64,000 nucleotides of DNA, taken from positions 19,492-83,491 of the forward strand of contig JAAXWY010000003.1 in assembly GCA_013334745.1 (NCBI GenBank), in the 5' to 3' direction. The notes under the pieces were generated by a model. The model saw only the letters and a list, made by a program, of their open reading frames with translations, ran no database searches and was not told the DNA's origin. The DNA comes from Coriobacteriia bacterium (GTDB lineage: Bacteria; Actinomycetota; Coriobacteriia; Anaerosomatales; JAAXUF01). A program made the position numbers and the translations under genes. Positions 1 to 14,559 of the stretch are shown here, one piece after another; positions within the stretch are counted from its first letter, which is position 1; every line of letters begins with the position of its first letter.

Positions 1-993
1 GCCGACCACGTCAACGTCCAGCCACACGCCGGCGCACAGGCGAACATGGCCGTCTACTACGCGGTCTGCAACCCCGGTGACACGGTCATGGGCATGAACC
101 TCGCCATGGGCGGGCACCTCACCCATGGCTCGACCGTCAACTTCTCGGGTAAGTGGTTCAACGTGGTCCCGTACGGCCTCGACATGGAGACCGAGACGAT
201 CGACTACGACGAGATGGAGCGCCTCGCGCACGAGCACAAGCCGCGCATGATCATCGCCGGTGCCAGTGCGTACCCGCGCGTCATCGACTTCGCCCGCTTC
301 TCGGCGGTCGCCAAGGCGGTCGGCGCCGTCTTCGTCGTCGACATGGCGCACATCGCAGGACTGGTCGCGACCGGTGCGCACCCGTCACCGGTGCCGCACG
401 CCGACTTCGTGACCTCGACATCGCACAAGACGCTGCGCGGTCCGCGTTCCGGCTTCGTTCTGTGTACCGAGGAGTGGGCGTCTGCGCTGGACAAGGCGGT
501 CTTCCCGGGCCTGCAGGGCGGCCCGCTCGAGCACGCGATCGCGGGCAAGGCGGTTGCGTTCGGCGAGGCCATGCGACCGGAGTTCACCACCTACATCGAC
601 AACGTCGTCGCCAACGCCCGCGTGATGGGGGAGGCGATGGTCGCCCGTGGCCTGCGCTTGGTCTCCGGCGGAACCGACAACCATCTGGTGCTCGTGGACC
701 TGCGGCCGGCCGGCATCACCGGCAAGGACGCTCAGATACTGCTCGAAGAGGTCGGGATCACCACCAACAAGAACGCCATCCCCAACGACCCCGAGAGCCC
801 GTTCGTCACGAGCGGCATCCGCGTCGGTTCGCCCGCGATGACGACGCGCGGATTCACCCAGGACGAGGCTGCCGAGGTCGGTCGCCTCGTGGCCGAGACG
901 GTCTTCAGCCGTGACGACGCTGCGGCGCTGGACCGGATCCGGGCCGAGGTTTCCGAACTGCTCGCCAAGCATCCGCTCTATCCCGAACTCTAG
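1..993 (+). CDS. glyA: Serine hydroxymethyltransferase, 5' end cut by the window edge
   Basis: Frame 1 is open from nt 1 ([21 protein letters not shown]...), so the ATG at 46 in the ORF track is internal. The PLP-lysine motif [12 protein letters not shown] and [12 protein letters not shown] are SHMT hallmarks. Stop TAG 991-993. Confidence 0.95.
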   Translation, partial: ADHVNVQPHAGAQANMAVYYAVCNPGDTVMGMNLAMGGHLTHGSTVNFSGKWFNVVPYGLDMETETIDYDEMERLAHEHKPRMIIAGASAYPRVIDFARFSAVAKAVGAVFVVDMAHIAGLVATGAHPSPVPHADFVTSTSHKTLRGPRSGFVLCTEEWASALDKAVFPGLQGGPLEHAIAGKAVAFGEAMRPEFTTYIDNVVANARVMGEAMVARGLRLVSGGTDNHLVLVDLRPAGITGKDAQILLEEVGITTNKNAIPNDPESPFVTSGIRVGSPAMTTRGFTQDEAAEVGRLVAETVFSRDDAAALDRIRAEVSELLAKHPLYPEL

Positions 994-1671
<678 letters not shown>

Positions 1672-1696
1672 CGCTTACGCGCAGGGGGAGGGTCAC

Positions 1697-2173
1697 ATGC
1701 CGCGTCCGTCCTGGGACGAGTACTTCATGGCAATCGCCGAGCAGGTCTCCGGTCGGTCGACGTGCCTGCGTCGCGCGACGGGGGCCGTTCTCGTCAAGGA
1801 CAAGCGCATCCTCGCCACCGGCTACAACGGAGTCCCGCAGGGGCTTGCCCACTGTGAAGCGGTCGGCTGCCTGCGCGAGCGGCGCAACATACCCTCGGGC
1901 AGCCATCACGAGTTGTGCCGGGGAATCCACGCCGAGCAGAATGCGGTGATCCAGGCTGCGAAGCACGGGATAGCCATGGACGGCGCGACCGCGTACTGCA
2001 CCCACCAACCGTGCGTGCTCTGCGCCAAGATACTGCTCAACTCCGGCGTCGTGGACATCGTGTTCCGCGACCCGTACCCGGATCCGCTGTCGGAGGAGTT
2101 GCTGGCCGAGGCCGGTCTCGTTCCGCGCAGGTTCGTCCCCGCACCCGAGGCGGATGGCGGCGCTTCTTCGTGA
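1697..2173 (+). CDS. dCMP/cytidine deaminase-family zinc enzyme (ComEB/dCMP deaminase type)
   Basis: 158 aa. Zinc motifs HAEQNA and PCVLCAKIL at the spacing expected for dCMP deaminases. Its stop overlaps the next gene's GTG (GTGA). Confidence 0.85.
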   Translation: MPRPSWDEYFMAIAEQVSGRSTCLRRATGAVLVKDKRILATGYNGVPQGLAHCEAVGCLRERRNIPSGSHHELCRGIHAEQNAVIQAAKHGIAMDGATAYCTHQPCVLCAKILLNSGVVDIVFRDPYPDPLSEELLAEAGLVPRRFVPAPEADGGASS

Positions 2174-3306
2174 GCGTCGAGCACTACCTCGTCATCGCAC
2201 TCGTCGGGGCTGTCGTGACCTTCCTTGTGACCCCGATCGTGCGTCGATTCGCGCTCGCGGCCGACTACGTTCACCACCCCGGACACCGCGACGTGCATAC
2301 GAGGCCTGTCGTTCGCCTGGGAGGCATCGCCATATTCGCGGGCGTGATGGCTGCCATCGCCACGGAGGCCGCGGGCGAGCGCTTCTTCGGCTGGAGTGCG
2401 ACGTTACTCGACGCCGGGACGTCGAGGACACGCGCGCTCGGCGTGATAATCGGCCTCATCCTGATCTTCCTCACGGGGCTGCTCGACGACTTCCGACCCC
2501 TCTCACCGGGGTGGAAGCTTGCGGGCGAACTGCTCGCCGCCGGGGTTGTGGTGGCCTCAGGGCTTCGCATCGAGTACATCGGTAATCCGATGGGAGGCGG
2601 TCTCGTTCAGCTCGGCTTGCTCTCGATTCCCATCACGCTGGTCTACATCGTGGCGTTCACCAACGTCATCAACCTCATTGACGGCTTGGATGGATTAGCG
2701 GCGGGAGTCTCGGCGATCGCGGCGGTGACGCTGCTCGTGCTCGCCGCGCAGGGCAATCGATTCGATGCGGCAGTGCTCGCCGCCGCTCTCATCGGGGCGT
2801 GCGTTGCGTTCCTGCGCTACAACTTCCACCCGGCGTCGATCATCATGGGCGATTCGGGTGCGCTGTTCTTGGGCTTCGCCCTATCGACGATCTCGCTCAT
2901 GGGCGTCATGAAGTCGACCGCTGCGATCGCCCTGGCCGTCCCGCTGTTCATCGTCGGCGTGCCCATCTTTGACACGGCATCTGCGATTATTCGGCGCGCG
3001 CTGCAGGGCAAGCCGATCCAGGAGGCCGACCGCGGCCACATCCATCATCGGCTGCTCGGGCGTGGTTTCACTCAGACGCAGACGGTGCTGATCATCTACG
3101 CGTGGTGTATCGCGCTCGCGTTCGGCGGCTACACGGTGAGATGGTCGCAGGGGCCTGTGAAGTGGATTGCGTTCGTGTCGCTGTTCGCCGTCACAGGGGT
3201 CATGGCGTACTGGCTCGGCTTGTTCGAGGCTGTGCATCACGTCGAGGAGGAAGACGTTTTGCCTGCCCAGAGGCCTCGCAGCAAGCGTCAGCGAAATCGA
3301 ACCTGA
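2170..3306 (+). CDS. wecA: Polyprenyl-phosphate GlcNAc-1-phosphate transferase (MraY/WecA glycosyltransferase family 4)
   Basis: The ORF track extends to 1915, but that part overlaps the deaminase gene. A GTG at 2170 gives [18 protein letters not shown].... Multi-TM protein with [10 protein letters not shown] and [12 protein letters not shown] motifs. The position just upstream of the atp operon matches mycobacterial rfe/wecA. Confidence 0.85.
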   Translation: MSVEHYLVIALVGAVVTFLVTPIVRRFALAADYVHHPGHRDVHTRPVVRLGGIAIFAGVMAAIATEAAGERFFGWSATLLDAGTSRTRALGVIIGLILIFLTGLLDDFRPLSPGWKLAGELLAAGVVVASGLRIEYIGNPMGGGLVQLGLLSIPITLVYIVAFTNVINLIDGLDGLAAGVSAIAAVTLLVLAAQGNRFDAAVLAAALIGACVAFLRYNFHPASIIMGDSGALFLGFALSTISLMGVMKSTAAIALAVPLFIVGVPIFDTASAIIRRALQGKPIQEADRGHIHHRLLGRGFTQTQTVLIIYAWCIALAFGGYTVRWSQGPVKWIAFVSLFAVTGVMAYWLGLFEAVHHVEEEDVLPAQRPRSKRQRNRT

Positions 3307-3429
3307 ACGAAGGTTGTTCCGGCAGGGGGGTTCGGGTACTATGTGCCTGCTCTGTGAGCCGGCACGCACGGAGTCGCCCCGCTCGCGAGGCGCAAGGGGT
3401 ACTGAGGGTAAGGACAGGTCACCAGGACT

Positions 3430-3786
3430 TTGACGGCCCTACGGGAACTGCTTTCGACACCGGGACTCGCTGTCCTGCTAGGACTCATCCTCGGCGTCGG
3501 TCTCGTGGCACCGCTGTTCTGGGTTTCCCGACTACTCACTGCTCAGAACGCTGACATGGGCACGCTCGTGATCATGGTCGTGGTGTTCGGTGGCCTGGTC
3601 GTGAGTCTGGGCCTGATGATGGGATACCGGCTCGTTACGTCAGAGGGGTTCATGTGGTTCGGACCCTCTGTGGTTGTGGGATTCGTGGTCACGCTCGGCG
3701 TGTTCGCCACGATTACGGCTCTGAAGCTGTTGAAGCCCGGCGAAACGATTGCCGGACCGACGTCGAACGACGAGACGAGGAGATAG
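3430..3786 (+). CDS. atpI: Small membrane protein, ATP synthase protein I-like
   Basis: 118 aa with four predicted hydrophobic helices. It lies directly upstream of atpB with a 1-nt gap. TTG start with a weak RBS. Assignment rests on position and topology only. Confidence 0.55.
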   Translation: MTALRELLSTPGLAVLLGLILGVGLVAPLFWVSRLLTAQNADMGTLVIMVVVFGGLVVSLGLMMGYRLVTSEGFMWFGPSVVVGFVVTLGVFATITALKLLKPGETIAGPTSNDETRR

Positions 3787-3787
3787 C

Positions 3788-4720
3788 GTGGAGGGCACAG
3801 CAGAGGCGGCAGGACATGCAGCAGGCGCCGCGGTCGATGCCACGGGGCACGCGGTAGCAGGGGCCGCCGAAGCGGCAGGGCACGCGGTCGAGGGTGGCGG
3901 CGGTCCGCTCAGCCACCTCCCGGCGGCTGTCGAGGAGCTTCTCCACTTCCTCGGGACCCAGAACGTCAACGGTCACCCCTACGGGGCTACCGAGTTCGTG
4001 ATGACGAACTACATCTTCTTCCTGCTCATTTCGATAGTGATGCTCTCGGTGGTGCTCTTCATCGCCGTCAAGAAGCTCGCTCTCGTTCCCAAGAACAAGC
4101 TCTCCAACGCAGTCGAGGCGCTCGCGCAGTTCGTGCGCGACGACATCGCGGTCGCGATGATCGGTCACGACGGGACGAAGTACTTCCCGTTCCTGGCGAC
4201 GATCTTCTTCTTCATCCTCATGAACAACATCCTCGGCCTCATCCCGGGCGCTAAGCCGGGTACCGGCACGATGGGCGTCACCGTCGCGCTGTCGACCACC
4301 GTCTTCATCTTCTTCAACGCGGTCGGCTTCAAGAACCAGGGCGCATGGGGCTACATCAAGAGCTTCTCACCGAAGGGCGTGCCGTTCCCGATCAACCTCA
4401 TCGTGTGGTTCATCGAGGTCTTCTCGGCGTTCCTTCGCATCTTCACGCTGGCCGTTCGTCTCTTTGCGAACATGTACGCCGGCCACATCATCCTTGGGAT
4501 CTTCGCCATCCTGACCGCGCTCTTCACCGAGCCGCTCATCGAGGCGATCCAGACGGGGCACAACATCGGCGGAGCCGCACTTGGCGCACTTCCGGCGATC
4601 GGGTGGCTCATGCTCATGACGGCGTTGTACGCGCTGGAGGTCCTCGTGGCCTTCGTTCAGGCGTACGTCTTCACCATCTTGAGCGCGGTCTACATCGGCG
4701 CTGCGGCGCACGAGCACTAG
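3788..4720 (+). CDS. atpB: F0F1 ATP synthase subunit a
   Basis: GTG at 3788 lies 5 nt after GAGGAG. The C-terminal region has the LAVRLFANMYAGH motif with the essential Arg. The N-terminus carries an unusual Ala/Gly/His repeat extension. The ATG at 3749 in the ORF track overlaps atpI. Confidence 0.9.
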   Translation: MEGTAEAAGHAAGAAVDATGHAVAGAAEAAGHAVEGGGGPLSHLPAAVEELLHFLGTQNVNGHPYGATEFVMTNYIFFLLISIVMLSVVLFIAVKKLALVPKNKLSNAVEALAQFVRDDIAVAMIGHDGTKYFPFLATIFFFILMNNILGLIPGAKPGTGTMGVTVALSTTVFIFFNAVGFKNQGAWGYIKSFSPKGVPFPINLIVWFIEVFSAFLRIFTLAVRLFANMYAGHIILGIFAILTALFTEPLIEAIQTGHNIGGAALGALPAIGWLMLMTALYALEVLVAFVQAYVFTILSAVYIGAAAHEH

Positions 4721-4816
4721 GTTCGGAACGACCGTCGGCACCGATGCCGGCGTCGGGATAGTTGGCTACTGGAGTTCGGACCAAGAAGGGTCCGGGCCCG
4801 ACAACAAGGAGGAATC

Positions 4817-5032
4817 GTGAACTTCATCGGTTTCGGTCTGCTTTACGGTCTTGCCGTCACTGCGCCGGCTCTGACCATCGGTATGGTCGGTGGCAAGGCT
4901 GCCGAGTCGACCGCGCGTCAGCCTGAGATGGCCGGCCGCATCTTCACCGTCTTCATCCTGTCCGCGGCCTTCGTCGAGGCGCTTGCGCTGCTCGGCTTCG
5001 TCCTCGGCATCATGGTTCAGGGCAAGCTCTAA
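4817..5032 (+). CDS. atpE: F0F1 ATP synthase subunit c
   Basis: 71-aa two-helix hairpin. Loop ARQPE and the carboxylate in AFVEALAL. RBS AAGGAGG upstream. Confidence 0.95.
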   Translation: MNFIGFGLLYGLAVTAPALTIGMVGGKAAESTARQPEMAGRIFTVFILSAAFVEALALLGFVLGIMVQGKL

Positions 5033-5068
5033 TCCGGCACGCTCCCTTCGTGCACTGGAGGTAGTGCC

Positions 5069-5569
5069 GTGAAAGCGATCATCCCGAACCTAGCGGAGCT
5101 CATCCCCGCGCTTATATCGTTCGCGATCGTGTTCTTCGTGCTGGCCAAGTTCGCCTGGCCGGCGATCTCGCAGATGCTCGATCAGCGCGCGGATAACATC
5201 CGCGAGTCGCTGGAGCGCGCCGAGAACGCCAAGGTCGAGGCGGAGCGGTTGCTCGAGGAGTACAAGCAGACGATGGCCGAGGCTCGCAAGGAGGCCGGCA
5301 CGATTCTGCAGCAGGCCAAGCAGGCTGCCGAGTCGACTCGTTCCGAGGCGTACGCCAAGGCTCAGAGCGAGTACGACGAGATGCTCGCGAAGGCCCGTGA
5401 GGCCATCGAGGGCGAGAAGCGTGCCGCCATCGCCGAGCTTCAGCGCTCGGTCGCGGATCTCTCCGTGGCCGTGGCCGGCAAGCTCATCGGTGCCGAGCTC
5501 TCAAAGGAAGACCACATCAAGGTCATCGAGAAGTACGTAGGCGAGGCGGGCAGCCTTAATGCGAACTAG
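5069..5569 (+). CDS. atpF: F0F1 ATP synthase subunit b
   Basis: 166 aa with one N-terminal TM helix and a long charged coiled coil. Operon position supports the call. Confidence 0.9.
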   Translation: MKAIIPNLAELIPALISFAIVFFVLAKFAWPAISQMLDQRADNIRESLERAENAKVEAERLLEEYKQTMAEARKEAGTILQQAKQAAESTRSEAYAKAQSEYDEMLAKAREAIEGEKRAAIAELQRSVADLSVAVAGKLIGAELSKEDHIKVIEKYVGEAGSLNAN

Positions 5570-6131
5570 CAGGGCACTCGCGAAGCAGATCGTTGTCACC
5601 TACGCCAGCGTGCTCTTCGACGCTGCGGTAGCCGACAACGCCGTCGACGAGGTGTTCTCTCAGATGGAAGCGGTGCAGCGGGTGGTTCGCAGCAGCGCTC
5701 CGCTGCGTGACTCCTTGCGCGACGATGCGGCCTCCACCGGCGCCTCGCGCGCCAAGGCCGCGACCGAGGTGTTCGCTGGTCTCAACCCGGCGCTCGTGAG
5801 CACGCTTGCTGTGCTCGCCGAGCGCGGCAACTTCGACCTGCTCTCGGGCGTGGTCGAGGAGTACGGCCGCGTTGCCGAGGAGAGGCGTGGCGTCATCGCC
5901 GTCAATGTCACGACGGCCGTTGAACTCACCGAGTCACTCCGTGAGTCCATCACAAAGAAGCTTGCCGCCGATATGGGCAAGGATGTCGTCCTTCGCGAGA
6001 AGGTCGATCCGTCCATCATCGGGGGCATCGTCTTCAGCACACACGGGCAGCGTATCGACGCGAGCATCGCGTCACAGCTCGAGAATGCCCGTGGGGTGCT
6101 CTCGACCGCACACTCTGGAGGTGAAGCATAA
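5559..6131 (+). CDS. atpH: F0F1 ATP synthase subunit delta
   Basis: 190 aa. OSCP-like C-terminus (IIGGIVFSTHGQRIDASI). Overlaps the atpF stop by 11 nt. Confidence 0.9.
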   Translation: MRTSRALAKQIVVTYASVLFDAAVADNAVDEVFSQMEAVQRVVRSSAPLRDSLRDDAASTGASRAKAATEVFAGLNPALVSTLAVLAERGNFDLLSGVVEEYGRVAEERRGVIAVNVTTAVELTESLRESITKKLAADMGKDVVLREKVDPSIIGGIVFSTHGQRIDASIASQLENARGVLSTAHSGGEA

Positions 6132-7742
<1,611 letters not shown>

Positions 7743-7751
7743 GGGTAGCTG

Positions 7752-8648
7752 ATGGCGACTCTGCGCGACATCAAGAACCGCATCGGCAGCGTCCAATCGA
7801 CGCGGCAGATCACGCGCACCATGGAAATGGTCGCTACTGCCAAGCTGAAGAAGGCGCAGAACCGCATCGAGAACGCGCGGCCGTACGCTCTGGCGATGGC
7901 CGAGGTGCTCGGCAACGTCGTCCGCTACGTCGGCGACATCAAGCACCCGCTGCTCGAGGTCCGCGATGAGCGTCGCCGCGTCTGCATCATCTCGATCGTC
8001 TCCGACAGGGGTTTCGCCGGAGCGTTCAACAGCAACATCATCCGCATGACCGAGACTACGCTGGCCGACTTTGCCGAGCAGGGCATCGAGGTCGAGTTCA
8101 TCACCGCAGGCAAGAAGCTCCTGAGCTACTTCCGCTATCGCGGTGTCGAGCCCGCCGTTTCGCTGGTTGGCAGTTCCGACAAGCCCACCTATGCGGACGC
8201 GCGCTCGGTCGCGGCGCACGTCATGCGCGAGTACGAAGCCGGCGCCATCGATGCCGTCTACGTGCTCTTCAACCGCTTCAAGAACGTCGCCGACCAGGTT
8301 CCCGAGACGCACCAGCTTCTCCCCATCGAGCGCACGATGCTCGAGCAGGCCGAGGCCGATGTCGAGGCGAGTGGTCGCAACCTCGAGTACCTCTTCGAGC
8401 CTTCGAGCTCCGAGGTGCTCTCCAACCTGCTTCCGACCTACGTCGAGGCGCTGATCTACCGCTCCATGCTCGAGTCGGCCGCGGCCGAGCAGGGTGCGCG
8501 CCGTACGGCAATGAAGTCCGCGACTGACAACGCCTCCGACATGATCACGACCCTGACCCGCAGCTACAACCGTGCGCGTCAGGACGCGATTTCCACCGAG
8601 ATCGCTGAGATCGTCGGTGGCGCAGCAGCGCAGGAGGACCAGGGTTAG
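7752..8648 (+). CDS. atpG: F0F1 ATP synthase subunit gamma
   Basis: 298 aa. N-terminal MATLRDIKNRIGSVQSTRQITRTMEMVA and C-terminal helix ITTEIAEIVGGA-type sequence. Confidence 0.97.
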   Translation: MATLRDIKNRIGSVQSTRQITRTMEMVATAKLKKAQNRIENARPYALAMAEVLGNVVRYVGDIKHPLLEVRDERRRVCIISIVSDRGFAGAFNSNIIRMTETTLADFAEQGIEVEFITAGKKLLSYFRYRGVEPAVSLVGSSDKPTYADARSVAAHVMREYEAGAIDAVYVLFNRFKNVADQVPETHQLLPIERTMLEQAEADVEASGRNLEYLFEPSSSEVLSNLLPTYVEALIYRSMLESAAAEQGARRTAMKSATDNASDMITTLTRSYNRARQDAISTEIAEIVGGAAAQEDQG

Positions 8649-10076
<1,428 letters not shown>

Positions 10077-10085
10077 GGAGCAACC

Positions 10086-10517
10086 ATGGCACGCACGCTC
10101 CTTTGCGAGATAGTCACACCCGAGAGCATCCTCTACACCAACGAGGTGCAGATGGTGGTTGCCTCCACGCCCGCGGGCGAGGTCGGTATCCTGCCGCTGC
10201 ACACCCCGATCGTGACCACGCTCGCCCCCGGCGAGGTGCGGCTGCGGTTCGGTGACAGCGCTGCTGACTGGGAGTTCTTCTCGATCTCCGGCGGCTACCT
10301 GCAGGTTCACGAGGACAAGGTCATCATCCTCGCGGACGCCGCAGTCTCCGTGTCGCAGATCGACTCCTCACGGTCCAAGGAGTCCAAGGAGCTCATCGAG
10401 GCACGCCTCGCCGAGCTGCCCGAGGACGCCGCGGACGAGCGCGCCGAGATGATCCGCGACCTGAGCTGGCATGAGATTCAGCTCAAGGCCGTCGAGAAGC
10501 GAGGCGGTAAGCGCTAG
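10086..10517 (+). CDS. atpC: F0F1 ATP synthase subunit epsilon
   Basis: 143 aa. N-terminal beta-sandwich sequence ([13 protein letters not shown]...) plus C-terminal helices. Last gene of the operon. Confidence 0.93.
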   Translation: MARTLLCEIVTPESILYTNEVQMVVASTPAGEVGILPLHTPIVTTLAPGEVRLRFGDSAADWEFFSISGGYLQVHEDKVIILADAAVSVSQIDSSRSKESKELIEARLAELPEDAADERAEMIRDLSWHEIQLKAVEKRGGKR

Positions 10518-10537
10518 TCGCACTACGAGTGCACTTC

Positions 10538-10573
10538 CGGGGGCGGGCTCGCGACAACGCGGGTCCGCCCCCG
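10538..10573 (+). terminator. Long GC hairpin after the atp operon (terminator or attenuator)
   Basis: Nt 10538-10553 pair with 10558-10573, giving about 16 bp including G-U pairs and an ACAA loop. Only a weak U-tract (TTT) follows. Confidence 0.5.
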
Positions 10574-10639
10574 ACGTTTGCGGTGGCCGGTTCGTCATGG
10601 TTCAGGAACGTCGGTCGAGGCAAGGGGGGTCGGTACGGT

Positions 10640-11926
10640 ATGCTTCCACGCATGGAATCCATCATCGTCCGTGGCGGACGGCCCCTTTCCGGTGAAGTCC
10701 GGGTCGAAGGCGCTAAGAACTCCGCCCTCAAACTCATGGCCGCGTCGCTACTTGCCCCAGGCGTGTCGCGTATCACCAACGTGCCCGATATCGCAGACGT
10801 CGAGGTGATGTCGCAGGTGCTCGCCGGGTTGGGGGCGGTGGTCGAGCGCTCGGACCACTCGCTGACCGTGGACGCCACCGAGCTGACCAGCTTCGAGGCG
10901 CCGTACGAGATGGTCGCCCGCATGAGGGCATCCATCGCGGTTCTCGGCCCGCTTGTCGCGCGGCATGGTGCAGCGCGCGTCGCGATGCCCGGCGGCTGCA
11001 ACATCGGCTCCCGCAAGATCGACATGCACATCAGCGGCCTTGCCGAGCTCGGCGTCGAGATCCGTATGGGACACGGCTACATCGACGCGATCGCCCCGGA
11101 TGATGGCCTGCACGCGGCCAACGTCACGCTCGACTTCCCGAGTGTGGGCGCGACCGAGAATCTGCTCATGGCGGCGGTCGTCGCCAGCGGTACGACAACG
11201 ATCGAGAACGCGGCCCGAGAACCCGAGATCGTCGACCTTGTGAACTTCCTCAATGGGATGGGCGCGCGCATCTCGGGCGGTGGGTCGTCCTCGCTGTCGG
11301 TCGAGGGTGTCGCGTCGCTGCACCCCGTCGAGCATCGAGTCGTGGGCGATCGCATCGAGGCCGGCACCTTCGTCGTCGCCGGGGCGCTGGTCGGCGGACC
11401 CATCACCGTGCGCGGATTCGATCCCGCGCATCTCGACCTGGTGCTCGTCAAGCTACAGGCGGCGGGGTGCGTCGTGCATCTCCACTCCGACGGCGTCACG
11501 ATCGAGCGGCACCAGCCGGCCCGGGCCATCGACATCCAGACGCTGCCGTATCCGGGCTTCCCGACCGACATGCAGGCACAGTTCATGGCGCTCATGGCAA
11601 TCGCCGACGGCAATAGCATCATCACCGAGAACGTCTTCGAGAACCGCTTCATGTTCGCCGATGAGATAGGCCGGATGGGTGCGGACATCCGCATCGAGAG
11701 CCATCACGCACTCGTGCGCGGCATACCGCAGCTCTCAGGCGCCCCCGTGCGCTGTACCGACCTGCGTGGAGGTGCCGCGCTCGCGATAGCGGCGCTCGTT
11801 GCGGATGGCGAGACCCGAATCGACGACGTCTACCACATCGAGCGTGGCTACGAGCGCTTCGTAGAGAAGCTTGCTGCGCTCGGCGCCGACATAGAGCGGG
11901 TGCCGTCGGAAGCCGCATGCAGCTGA
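10640..11926 (+). CDS. murA: UDP-N-acetylglucosamine 1-carboxyvinyltransferase
   Basis: ATG at 10640 follows AAGGGGGG by about 10 nt; ATG at 10652 is an alternative. The product begins [35 protein letters not shown], a typical MurA N-terminus. The ORF-track start at 10529 would run through the upstream hairpin. Confidence 0.95.
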   Translation: MLPRMESIIVRGGRPLSGEVRVEGAKNSALKLMAASLLAPGVSRITNVPDIADVEVMSQVLAGLGAVVERSDHSLTVDATELTSFEAPYEMVARMRASIAVLGPLVARHGAARVAMPGGCNIGSRKIDMHISGLAELGVEIRMGHGYIDAIAPDDGLHAANVTLDFPSVGATENLLMAAVVASGTTTIENAAREPEIVDLVNFLNGMGARISGGGSSSLSVEGVASLHPVEHRVVGDRIEAGTFVVAGALVGGPITVRGFDPAHLDLVLVKLQAAGCVVHLHSDGVTIERHQPARAIDIQTLPYPGFPTDMQAQFMALMAIADGNSIITENVFENRFMFADEIGRMGADIRIESHHALVRGIPQLSGAPVRCTDLRGGAALAIAALVADGETRIDDVYHIERGYERFVEKLAALGADIERVPSEAACS

Positions 11927-11950
11927 ACCAGCGTACGAGAGGGGACTCAC

Positions 11951-12373
11951 ATGCTCGACCGAGCCGCCATTGAGGCAATCATCCCGCACCGCCATCCATT
12001 CCTGCTCGTCGACCGCGTGCTCGAGCACGTGCCTGGTGTCAGCGCGATCGGCGAGCTCGATGTCACCGAGGACGCGTTCTGGGTGCCGGGTCACTTCCCG
12101 GAGTACGCCGTGATGCCCGGGGTGCTCATCGTCGAAGCACTCGCGCAGGTGGGTGCCGTCGCTTTGCTCGCGTTGCCCGAGAACCAGGGCAAGCTCGCGT
12201 TCTTCGCCGGCATCGACAAGGTGCGCTTCAAGCGCCAGGTCGTTCCCGGGGACACGCTTACGCTGTCGTGTGCGATCACCAAGACCCGTGGACCGATCGG
12301 TTTCGGTGAGGCGAAGGCGACGGTCGATGGGGAGGTCGTCTGCTCAGGCGAGCTCATGTTCGCGATAAAATAG
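11951..12373 (+). CDS. fabZ: 3-hydroxyacyl-ACP dehydratase
   Basis: 140 aa. [10 protein letters not shown] and [20 protein letters not shown] hot-dog active-site motifs. Confidence 0.93.
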   Translation: MLDRAAIEAIIPHRHPFLLVDRVLEHVPGVSAIGELDVTEDAFWVPGHFPEYAVMPGVLIVEALAQVGAVALLALPENQGKLAFFAGIDKVRFKRQVVPGDTLTLSCAITKTRGPIGFGEAKATVDGEVVCSGELMFAIK

Positions 12374-12468
12374 CGCAAATTCGTCGGCGGCTGTGCCGAT
12401 GCCTGGTAGCGGTTCACTCGTGGCACTGACTCGTCAATCAGTTCGTCTCAATCCGATTGGATTCACAC

Positions 12469-13764
12469 ATGGGACTCGTTGAACGTCTTGGAGACGGTAG
12501 CGCCGTGTTCGGTGTCGTCGGCCTTGGCTACGTCGGTCTACCCCTGGCCGTCGAGATGGCCCGGTCGGGCCACCGAGTCATCGGCTTTGAAGTCTCATCG
12601 GAGAAGTCCGCCGAGATCAACTCCGGTCGCAGCTACATCCCCGACGTCCCTGCCGAGGACGTGACACGGCTCGTCGGCGAGCACCTGCTGGAGGCGACGT
12701 GTGACTTCTCGCGTGCCGCCGAATGCGATGCCGTGGTCATCTGCGTCCCTACGCCGCTTGACGATATGAAGGAGCCGGACACCTCCCATATCGAGGCGGC
12801 CTCTGCCGCGATCGCGCCGTACCTGCGTGAGGGCATGCTGGTGACGCTTGAGTCCACGACCTACCCGGGCACGACAGAGGAGATCGTTCAGCCGATCCTC
12901 GAGACGAGTGGCCTGAAGGTCGGCAAGGGGCTGTCGCTCGCGTTCTCGCCGGAGCGCGTCGACCCCGGCAACCCCACGTATCAAACGCGCAACACGCCCA
13001 AGATTGTGGGAGGCGTGACGCCGCGCTGCACAGAGCACGCCGTGGCGTTCTACTCGCGCTTCATCGACACAGTGGTGCCGGTCTCCTCCACTCGCGCGGC
13101 CGAGATGACCAAGTTGCTGGAGAACATCTTCCGCTGCGTCAACATCGCGCTGATGAACGAGCTTCTCCAGGTCTCCGAGCGCATGGGGATCAACATCTGG
13201 GAGGTCGTCGATGCGGCAAAGACAAAGCCGTTCGGCTTCATGCCGTTCCAGCCAGGCCCCGGACTCGGCGGGCATTGCATCCCCATCGATCCGTTCTATC
13301 TCTCCTGGAAGGCCCGCGAGTTCGACATGCACACCGAGTTCATCGAGCTTGCGGGCAAGACCAACGAGGCGATGCCGTACTACGTGGTGCAGCGGCTCAT
13401 GAACGCTCTCAACGATCATCACAAGTCGCTTGCCGGATCGCGAGTCCTCGTACTCGGAGTCGCGTACAAGGCAAACATCGACGACATGCGCGAGTCACCC
13501 GCGATCAAGATCGCATCCTTGCTCCGTGCGCGACAGGCCAACGTCGTCTACCACGATCCGTTCGTGGAGCGATTCGACGTCGACGGCACCTCGGTGCCGT
13601 CGGTCAGACTCTCCGCACAGGAAGTCGCTCACGCCGATGCGGTGCTCATCGTCACCGACCACACCGGAGTGGACTACGACCTCGTTGTAGAGGCCGCTCC
13701 GCTCGTTCTGGACACACGCAACGCCTTGAAGGCGTTTGCGAGCGACAAGGTGGTGCGTCTCTGA
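12469..13764 (+). CDS. Nucleotide-sugar dehydrogenase (UDP-glucose/GDP-mannose dehydrogenase family, UDP-N-acetyl-hexosamine dehydrogenase-like)
   Basis: N-terminal Rossmann GLGYVGLP and catalytic region GPGLGGHCIPIDP. Start could be TTG 12457 or ATG 12469. Confidence 0.88.
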   Translation: MGLVERLGDGSAVFGVVGLGYVGLPLAVEMARSGHRVIGFEVSSEKSAEINSGRSYIPDVPAEDVTRLVGEHLLEATCDFSRAAECDAVVICVPTPLDDMKEPDTSHIEAASAAIAPYLREGMLVTLESTTYPGTTEEIVQPILETSGLKVGKGLSLAFSPERVDPGNPTYQTRNTPKIVGGVTPRCTEHAVAFYSRFIDTVVPVSSTRAAEMTKLLENIFRCVNIALMNELLQVSERMGINIWEVVDAAKTKPFGFMPFQPGPGLGGHCIPIDPFYLSWKAREFDMHTEFIELAGKTNEAMPYYVVQRLMNALNDHHKSLAGSRVLVLGVAYKANIDDMRESPAIKIASLLRARQANVVYHDPFVERFDVDGTSVPSVRLSAQEVAHADAVLIVTDHTGVDYDLVVEAAPLVLDTRNALKAFASDKVVRL

Positions 13765-14324
13765 TGGCGGCATACGTTCATCCCACGGCGGTCGTCGGCG
13801 AGAACTACAAGCCTGCGCCCTTCACGATCATCGATGCCGAGGTAGTGATCGGTGCACACGTGATCACGGGTTCGTTCCTGCACGTCCGCTATGCAGCCGG
13901 CATTGGGGACAACGTGCTGATCGGCGATCACGTCACGGTGCACGACGGGGCAGCCATCGGCGCCGGGTCCGTCATCGGCGATGGTGCGATCGTGGGCCGT
14001 CGGCCGGTCACCGGCTTGCGTGACTCGGCGGGTGCGTCGACGGTTGCCCCCGCGGTGCTCGGCGAGCGCTGTATCCTCGGAGCGAACGTGGTCGTGGCGT
14101 CGTCAGCTCGGCTCGGCAACGGCGTCCGCCTCGGCGACGGCTCGGTTGTCGGCGAGGACTGCGTCATCGGCGAGGGGGCCTCGGTAGGCCGCAATGTGAC
14201 GATCGAGCGAAACTCGACACTCGCGGCGGGCGTGACGATCGGCTCGGGGGCGTTCATCGGGGCGGGGCTGGGTATCGACGGAGACGTCCCCGAGGCTGCC
14301 GTCGCTCTGCCGGACGCCGAGTAA
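13764..14324 (+). CDS. Hexapeptide-repeat (left-handed beta-helix) acyltransferase
   Basis: The ATG overlaps the upstream TGA (TGATG). 186 aa, made almost entirely of [LIV]G-x4 hexapeptide repeats. The long ORF-track extension to 13275 lies inside the dehydrogenase gene. Confidence 0.8.
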   Translation: MAAYVHPTAVVGENYKPAPFTIIDAEVVIGAHVITGSFLHVRYAAGIGDNVLIGDHVTVHDGAAIGAGSVIGDGAIVGRRPVTGLRDSAGASTVAPAVLGERCILGANVVVASSARLGNGVRLGDGSVVGEDCVIGEGASVGRNVTIERNSTLAAGVTIGSGAFIGAGLGIDGDVPEAAVALPDAE

Positions 14325-14559
14325 CCGTCGCATTGCGCTGCGGCTCGGTGTGTAACGGGTCGGTCACGGACGGTGTGCCAACAGGGTCTGGCGGGCGACA
14401 ATGGGCGCCGCCTTCAAGGCGGTTGGACGGCTGATCTGAGCGTCGGATCGTTCACGGAGTTCACGAAACACGCGCGGCTGGGGTATTCTGCTCCATCGGG
14501 CACAACCCCGGATTCGTTGGAAATCGCGGCACGCACGCAGGAAGGCACGGCAGGACGGT

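Noticed and set aside
1915-2169. N-terminal extensions offered by the ORF track. This one is for wecA; the same applies to murA (10529), the hexapeptide transferase (13275), PNP (17740), SBP2 (24133), secA (35948), prfB (38592) and ftsX (51173).
   Set aside because: The extensions overlap the preceding genes or terminator hairpins and encode Arg/Pro-rich junk. Internal starts with SD sequences give canonical N-termini.
14325-14559. 235-nt gap before the LCP gene, checked for a small RNA or tRNA
   Set aside because: I could not find a cloverleaf, a conserved riboswitch core or a convincing hairpin with U-tract. It is probably just promoter and 5' UTR.
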